Shown: piece by piece, positions 59,169 through 64,000 of the stretch
How the letters are laid out: every line of letters starts with the position of its first letter
Position numbering within the stretch: position 1 is the stretch's first letter
Origin: Spirochaetia bacterium
GTDB taxonomy: Bacteria; Spirochaetota; Spirochaetia; SZUA-6; Bin103
Length of the DNA stretch: 64,000 bases
Assembly (NCBI GenBank): GCA_965208575.1
Contig: CBDBOV010000001.1
Location: 320,001 to 384,000, forward strand
Direction of reading: 5' to 3'
Notes under the pieces: model-generated
Seen by the model: the letters and a program-made list of their open reading frames with translations, nothing else
Databases searched by the model: none
What the model was told of the DNA's origin: nothing
Translations under genes and position numbers: made by a program

Positions 59169-59654
59169 CTATTCTCCATCAGGATCGACCTTGAGATCCT
59201 TCACCGTCGCTCCGCTCACGTCGCGCAGGCGGGCGGGCGCGATCGGGAACACGCTGACCGGGCTCCCGCCCGCCGCCCACACCTCCGCGAAACGGAACAG
59301 GTCGGCGTCGATGAACACGTCGACCGGCGCGGCGTAGCCCAGAGGAGGAACGCCGCCGATGGCGAACCCGGTGGCCGCCCGCACGAAGTCGGCATCCGCG
59401 CGTCCCACCGGTTCGCCGAGCGCCGCCGTGAGCTTGCCGGTATCGAGCCGGTTGCCGCCGCTCATGATGGCGACGGCCGCGCGGTCGCCGGCGCGAAACA
59501 CCAGCGTCTTGGCGATCTCCGCCACCGAGCAGCCGACCGCGGCCGCCGCCTCCACCGCGGTGCGGGTCGAGCCGGGCAGGATGTGGATCTTGCACTGCAG
59601 GCCGGCCGCCTCGAGCGCGGCGCGCACCCGTTCATGCCCCTTCATTCTTGCCAT
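59169..59654 (-). CDS. YbaK/EbsC family aminoacyl-tRNA editing protein
   Basis: TAVEAA..VGC...IAKTLVF, TGFAIGGVPP, VWAAGG. Confidence 0.9.
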   Translation of the reverse strand: MARMKGHERVRAALEAAGLQCKIHILPGSTRTAVEAAAAVGCSVAEIAKTLVFRAGDRAAVAIMSGGNRLDTGKLTAALGEPVGRADADFVRAATGFAIGGVPPLGYAAPVDVFIDADLFRFAEVWAAGGSPVSVFPIAPARLRDVSGATVKDLKVDPDGE

Positions 59655-59715
59655 GTGTCGGCGTGCATTGTAGCCGACGGCACGGTTCAAAGGGAGCACC
59701 CGCGGCGAGGCGGCG

Positions 59716-60540
59716 TCAGCGGCGGACGGCGACGAAGAACAGGCGGCGGAACGGGTACAGGGTGATGCCGTCGCCGCGCCGGGGATACGCGTCGCGCAGC
59801 CGTCTCCGGTATTCGGCGAGGAAGATGGCGCGCTCGGCGTCGCCGAGACCGGCCAGGATCGGGCGCATGCTGGTGCCGGTGACCCATTCCAGCACGGGGT
59901 CGGCGCCGGTGAGGGCGTGCAGGTACTCGGTGGCCCACACTTCGATGTGGGCGGCGCCGGGTGCCAGCAGGTCGTAGTAGAAGCCGGGTTCGTGCAGCCA
60001 GCGGTTGTTTGCCGCCTGCCGCAACCGGTCGTTGCCGAGCCGGGAGCCGCCGGCGCCGCCGTCGGCCAGGGTCTCCCGCATCAGGCGGTGGGATGGCTGG
60101 TCCCAGCTCAGCGGCGCCTGCACCGCCAGGCAGCCGCCGGCCGGCAGCAGCGACCAGAGGCGCGGAATGAGGGTGGCATGATCGGGCAGCCATTGGACGA
60201 CGGCGTTGGAGAACAGCAGCGACGGGGTCGCGGCGGGTTGCCAGTCCGCCAGGTCGCCCTGCTCCCAGCGCACGCCGGAGGGGGTTGCCCGCGCCTTGGC
60301 CAGCATCTGCGGCGAGTTGTCCATGCCCACCACGTCGGCGGCGGGCCAGCGGTCGGCGAGCAGGCGGGTAACGTGGCCGCTGCCGCAGCCGAGGTCGTAG
60401 ATGCGCCGCGGCTCGGCCAGCGGCACCCGCGCCAGCAGGTCGAGGGCGGGCCGCAGGCGGTGGTCGGAGAACTTGAGGTACTGCGCGGGATCCCACGATT
60501 CTCCGGCGATGTCGCGTACGTGTGCGGTGGCTTGGGTCAT
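59716..60540 (-). CDS. tam: Trans-aconitate 2-methyltransferase-like
   Basis: WDPAQYLKF..HRLRPALDLL, DLGCGSG, SNAVVQW, YPFRRLFFVA. Confidence 0.82.
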   Translation of the reverse strand: MTQATAHVRDIAGESWDPAQYLKFSDHRLRPALDLLARVPLAEPRRIYDLGCGSGHVTRLLADRWPAADVVGMDNSPQMLAKARATPSGVRWEQGDLADWQPAATPSLLFSNAVVQWLPDHATLIPRLWSLLPAGGCLAVQAPLSWDQPSHRLMRETLADGGAGGSRLGNDRLRQAANNRWLHEPGFYYDLLAPGAAHIEVWATEYLHALTGADPVLEWVTGTSMRPILAGLGDAERAIFLAEYRRRLRDAYPRRGDGITLYPFRRLFFVAVRR

Positions 60541-60986
60541 GGCGATGCGGGAGGCGCGGAATCATACCACACCCGCACCCACGGCCATGCCGGCGCCGGC
60601 TGCCGCTCCTTGTGCGGTGCATCTACCGCAGGGGGCCGGCACGGTCGAGCGCGCCGGTTCGCCGGCGCGGAACCGGGAAGAGGCGGGCAAGGGCGGCCCG
60701 GCACCTGCGCCGGCGGCGCGACGAGTGGGGCAGGCTCGATGCACCGGCTCGGCATGCGCCCCGCGCAGCTTGGAATGCGGGCCGCCCGACGCGGGCGCCG
60801 GCGCCGCGGACCCGCGCGCGGTCGCGGCACGCCGGAGCGGTGCCGGAGCCGCAGCCGGTCAGGAAGGTGGCGGCGGTCTGGACAGACATCGCGCGCGTGC
60901 GGGCAACTCCGTGCTCCAGACGCACCGGGCCATGCCGATTCGGCACTTTGACACCGCCGACGCTGTCGGGCAGCCTCCGGGCAGCG

Positions 60987-62471
60987 ATGAATCGACCCAA
61001 CATCCTGCTCCTGATGAGCGATCAGCAGCGCTGGGACACCCTGGGCTGCTACGGCTGCACCGCGATCCCCACCCCCGCCCTGGACGGCCTGGCCGCCGGC
61101 GGCGTGGTGTTCGAGCGCTGCTACGTGGACGTGCCGATCTGCACGCCGAGCCGCGCCTGCATGCTGACCGGCCGGCTACCCGCCGGCCACGGCGTGTACG
61201 GCATTCACGACACCCTGCCCGACGACCAGGTGCTGGTGCCGGAGCACCTCGCGCGCCTCGGCTACCAGACCGCGCTGGTGGGCAAGCTGCACGTGTCCGG
61301 GCGTGCGGTGGAGGCCGTCCGGCGCCATCCGCACGACGGCTTCGAGCGCTACGAGTGGAGCATCGACCCGCAGGTGCACCTCGACTCGCCGTTCAACGCC
61401 CACGCCGCGTGGCTGCGCGAGCGCCACCCCGAGTTCCTGGACCGGTTGCTGACCGGGTCACAGGATCATCACCCGGCGGAGGCGCACTTCAGCACCTGGG
61501 CGGCGGAGCGGGCGATCGCCTTCCTGGAAGAGCGCGAACCGGGGCGGCCGTTCTTCCTCAACGTCAGCCTGTTCGATCCGCACGGCCCCTACTTCGACTA
61601 CCCGCTTGCCGCGGGTGAGTTGGTCGATGGTTCGCGGATTCCGCCGGTGCAGCCCCTTACCGCCGCCCATGAGCCGGTTCCCGGCGGCGTGGCGCGCGAG
61701 CGGGCGCTGTTCCACGCCGGCCAGGGCAGGGCGACCGACCCGCGGCGCCGCGACATCGAAGCGATCCGCCACGGCTACCTGGCGTCGATCGCCTTCATGG
61801 ACCAGCAGGTCGGGCGCATCTTGGCCGAGCTGGACCGGCTCGGCCTCGCGCGCGACACGCTGGTGCTGTTCGTGTCGGATCACGGCGACATGATCGGCGA
61901 CCTGGAACTGATCGCGAAGGGCGCGTTCTTCTACGATCCCGGCACCCGGGTGCCGATGATCCTGCGCCTGCCGGAGGGGGAGCTGGCCGGCACGCGGCTG
62001 CGCGACCTGGTGCAGCCGCACGACCTGGCGGCCACCCTGCTGCGCGCCGCCGGCATGCCGCCCGCCGGCGTGGCGGCGCTGATGCCGCAGTCGATGGACC
62101 TGGCCGCCCTGGCCCGCGCCGGCGCCGACTACCCGGAGCGCCGCGATCATGCCATCACCCTGTACCGCAACTCCGGCATCGGTCCCGGCCAGCAGTTCTG
62201 GGATCCGCCGATCCACGCCTCCATGTTCCACGACGGGCGCTACAAGCTCACCCTGTACCAGGACCCCGCGGCGCGCAGCGACCCCGAGGGCGAGCTGTAC
62301 GACATGGACGAGGATCCGGGCGAGACCGCCAACCTGTGGGCCGACCGCGGCCACGCCGCCCGGCGCGACCACCTGGTCCACCGTCTGGGCGCCGCTCTGG
62401 TGGCCAGCGAGGTGCAGCACCTCGCCGGCCGCGGCGGCCGGAGCTGGCCCTACGCGCACGATCCGCGGTAG
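60987..62471 (+). CDS. Sulfatase
   Basis: RPNILLLMSDQQR, CTPSR (CxPxR), GKLH, SDHGD, ELYDMDEDPGE. Confidence 0.93.
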   Translation: MNRPNILLLMSDQQRWDTLGCYGCTAIPTPALDGLAAGGVVFERCYVDVPICTPSRACMLTGRLPAGHGVYGIHDTLPDDQVLVPEHLARLGYQTALVGKLHVSGRAVEAVRRHPHDGFERYEWSIDPQVHLDSPFNAHAAWLRERHPEFLDRLLTGSQDHHPAEAHFSTWAAERAIAFLEEREPGRPFFLNVSLFDPHGPYFDYPLAAGELVDGSRIPPVQPLTAAHEPVPGGVARERALFHAGQGRATDPRRRDIEAIRHGYLASIAFMDQQVGRILAELDRLGLARDTLVLFVSDHGDMIGDLELIAKGAFFYDPGTRVPMILRLPEGELAGTRLRDLVQPHDLAATLLRAAGMPPAGVAALMPQSMDLAALARAGADYPERRDHAITLYRNSGIGPGQQFWDPPIHASMFHDGRYKLTLYQDPAARSDPEGELYDMDEDPGETANLWADRGHAARRDHLVHRLGAALVASEVQHLAGRGGRSWPYAHDPR

Positions 62472-62505
62472 TCGGGGAGCGACGCCGGCCCGCGCCGGCG
62501 CGACG

Positions 62506-63381
62506 TCAACAGTCCACGCGTGCCGCCGCCTCGCCCCGGGAGAGTTGCATGACCTGGTCGGTAGACAGTGATCCCGGTGCCCGATGGCGTCGGAGGTGAT
62601 CGACGACCTCACGTCCCCGCCCGGAATCTTCCGGAGGCGGGGAGAGGCGGTTGAAGCCCATCGTGTCGGCGCCGTGGATTACCTGCAGGGCGTGGCCGTC
62701 GGTGTCGTAGCGCAGCACCTTGACGATCGGGATGATCGCCCGCACCGCCAGCCCGATGCGGCGCACGTTGGAGTGGTTGGCCTCCGAGTGGTGCAGGGTG
62801 CGCTCGTTGAACAGGATGAACTCTCCGGGCTGCATCTCCAGGTCGGTGAGGTCGCGCGGATCGTAATAGCCGGCGTCGGCCATCTCGTCGAACTGCATCT
62901 CGGGAGTGGCCTCGACGTGCGGGACGATGCTGCGGTGCGAGCCGGGGATCACCTGCAGGTTGCCATTCTGCCGGGTGGAGGGGTCCACGGCGATCCAGGC
63001 GGAGATGATTACCGGCGGCTCCAGCGGCCAGTAGTTGAAGTCCTGGTGCCACGGAATCGCCTTGCTGCCGCGGTTCTTGACGAAGAAGTTGGTGCGCCAC
63101 AGCAGCAGGTCGGGTCCGTACAGGCACACCATCCGGGACACGATCTCCGGGTGGGTGGCCAGGTCGTACACCGCGCGGCTGTCCAGGTGTCGATTGTGCT
63201 CGCGGCGGTCCCCGTGCCACGGGTCGGTCGCCAGGACCCGTTCGATCGCCGGTCTCAGCGCGGCCATCTCGTCCGGCGAGCACATTGGATAGGGTCCGAG
63301 ATAGCCGTCGCGGCGAAACCGCGCCATCTCCGCGGCGGACAGCGCGGCGGGTGCCGAAGCCGGTGCCGTGGGTGTTGCCAA
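62506..63381 (-). CDS. PhyH-family dioxygenase with foreign C-terminal extension
   Basis: FRRDGY, PWHQD, NGNLQVIPGSH, LHHSEAN; SD AAGGAG before TTG 63381. Confidence 0.88.
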   Translation of the reverse strand: MATPTAPASAPAALSAAEMARFRRDGYLGPYPMCSPDEMAALRPAIERVLATDPWHGDRREHNRHLDSRAVYDLATHPEIVSRMVCLYGPDLLLWRTNFFVKNRGSKAIPWHQDFNYWPLEPPVIISAWIAVDPSTRQNGNLQVIPGSHRSIVPHVEATPEMQFDEMADAGYYDPRDLTDLEMQPGEFILFNERTLHHSEANHSNVRRIGLAVRAIIPIVKVLRYDTDGHALQVIHGADTMGFNRLSPPPEDSGRGREVVDHLRRHRAPGSLSTDQVMQLSRGEAAARVDC

Positions 63382-63406
63382 TTGCTGCTCCTTGCTTGCC
63401 GTTGCG

Positions 63407-64000
63407 CTACCGTTCGGCCTCGATCCACTCCGATCCCTGCGTCTGCAGCCGGTCGCGGAGGTCCGCTTCCAGCCGTTCCACCGTCGCCGCGGAGTTGGTC
63501 GCCGCCGCGCCGCGGTCGGCGACCAGGTTGTGTCCGGTGACGGCCGCCGACTCGTCTGAGGCGAGGAACAGCAGCACCTCGGCCACCTGCTCCGGCAGGG
63601 CGGGGCTGCCGAGCGGATAGATGTGCCGCTGGCGGCGCACCTCGGCGGGGTTGTGCTCCAGCATGGCGAGCTTCTTCTCGGTGAGCATGCGCGCCGGGGT
63701 AACGGAATTGACGCGGATCCCGTGCGGGCCGCAGGCAACCGCGAGGTGCTTGGAAAAGCTGATCATGCCCGCCTTGGCCGGTCCGTACGACGAGATGCCG
63801 GTGTTGCCGAACAGCGCCGTGTTGGAAGACACGTTGACGATGCTGCCGCCGCCCTGGCGGATCATCGCGGGAATCACCTGCTGACAGAACAGGAAGGGGG
63901 CGGTCATGTGGCAGAAGATGCCCTCTTCCCAGTCCTGCAGCCTGACCTGCTCGATCGATCCTCCCGGGTTGTCGATGATGGCGTTGTTCACCATCACGTC
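63407..64000 (-). CDS. Short-chain dehydrogenase (5' part outside the window)
   Basis: VNNA, SIVNVSS, YGPAK, GIRVNSV. Confidence 0.88.
   Translation of the reverse strand, partial: DVMVNNAIIDNPGGSIEQVRLQDWEEGIFCHMTAPFLFCQQVIPAMIRQGGGSIVNVSSNTALFGNTGISSYGPAKAGMISFSKHLAVACGPHGIRVNSVTPARMLTEKKLAMLEHNPAEVRRQRHIYPLGSPALPEQVAEVLLFLASDESAAVTGHNLVADRGAAATNSAATVERLEADLRDRLQTQGSEWIEAER

Noticed and set aside
60541-60986. 445-bp GC-rich spacer with hairpins as a possible riboswitch
   Set aside because: No recognisable aptamer consensus; hairpins are expected at this GC content.

Overview
High-GC bacterial chromosome segment, gene-dense, with no rRNA, tRNA or CRISPR array that I could see. The style (family-5 solute-binding proteins with 'LWAAAAGEE'/'LWATGADE' N-termini, six PhyH-type dioxygenases, sulfatase, CRTAC1/ASPIC protein, Uma2 nuclease) resembles sponge-associated Spirochaetaceae genomes; this host assignment is inference only. 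The metabolic backbone includes two peptide-type ABC importers, a Tm-1-like/TIM-barrel/ThuA/flavin oxidoreductase/SDR cluster, proS, amtB, tam, a P450 and a GH172-like protein. It is interrupted by lower-GC islets of conflict genes. The best candidate for an undescribed system is a tightly coupled three-gene operon with its own promoter: ABC-type ATPase (AAA_21/DUF3696-like), PIN ribonuclease and RNA ligase (49155-51714). Other candidates are an ABC-ATPase + DUF4276/TOPRIM-like pair with an orphan, motif-degenerate paralog 16 kb away, and a promoter-driven ~135-nt structured AT-rich RNA inside a decayed HNH/PLD/toxin-antitoxin patch. Several TA loci have intact antitoxins but damaged or non-canonically started toxins. 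Four single-site frameshifts, at least two in homopolymer runs, may be sequencing errors. All family assignments come from motif recognition by eye, not database searches.
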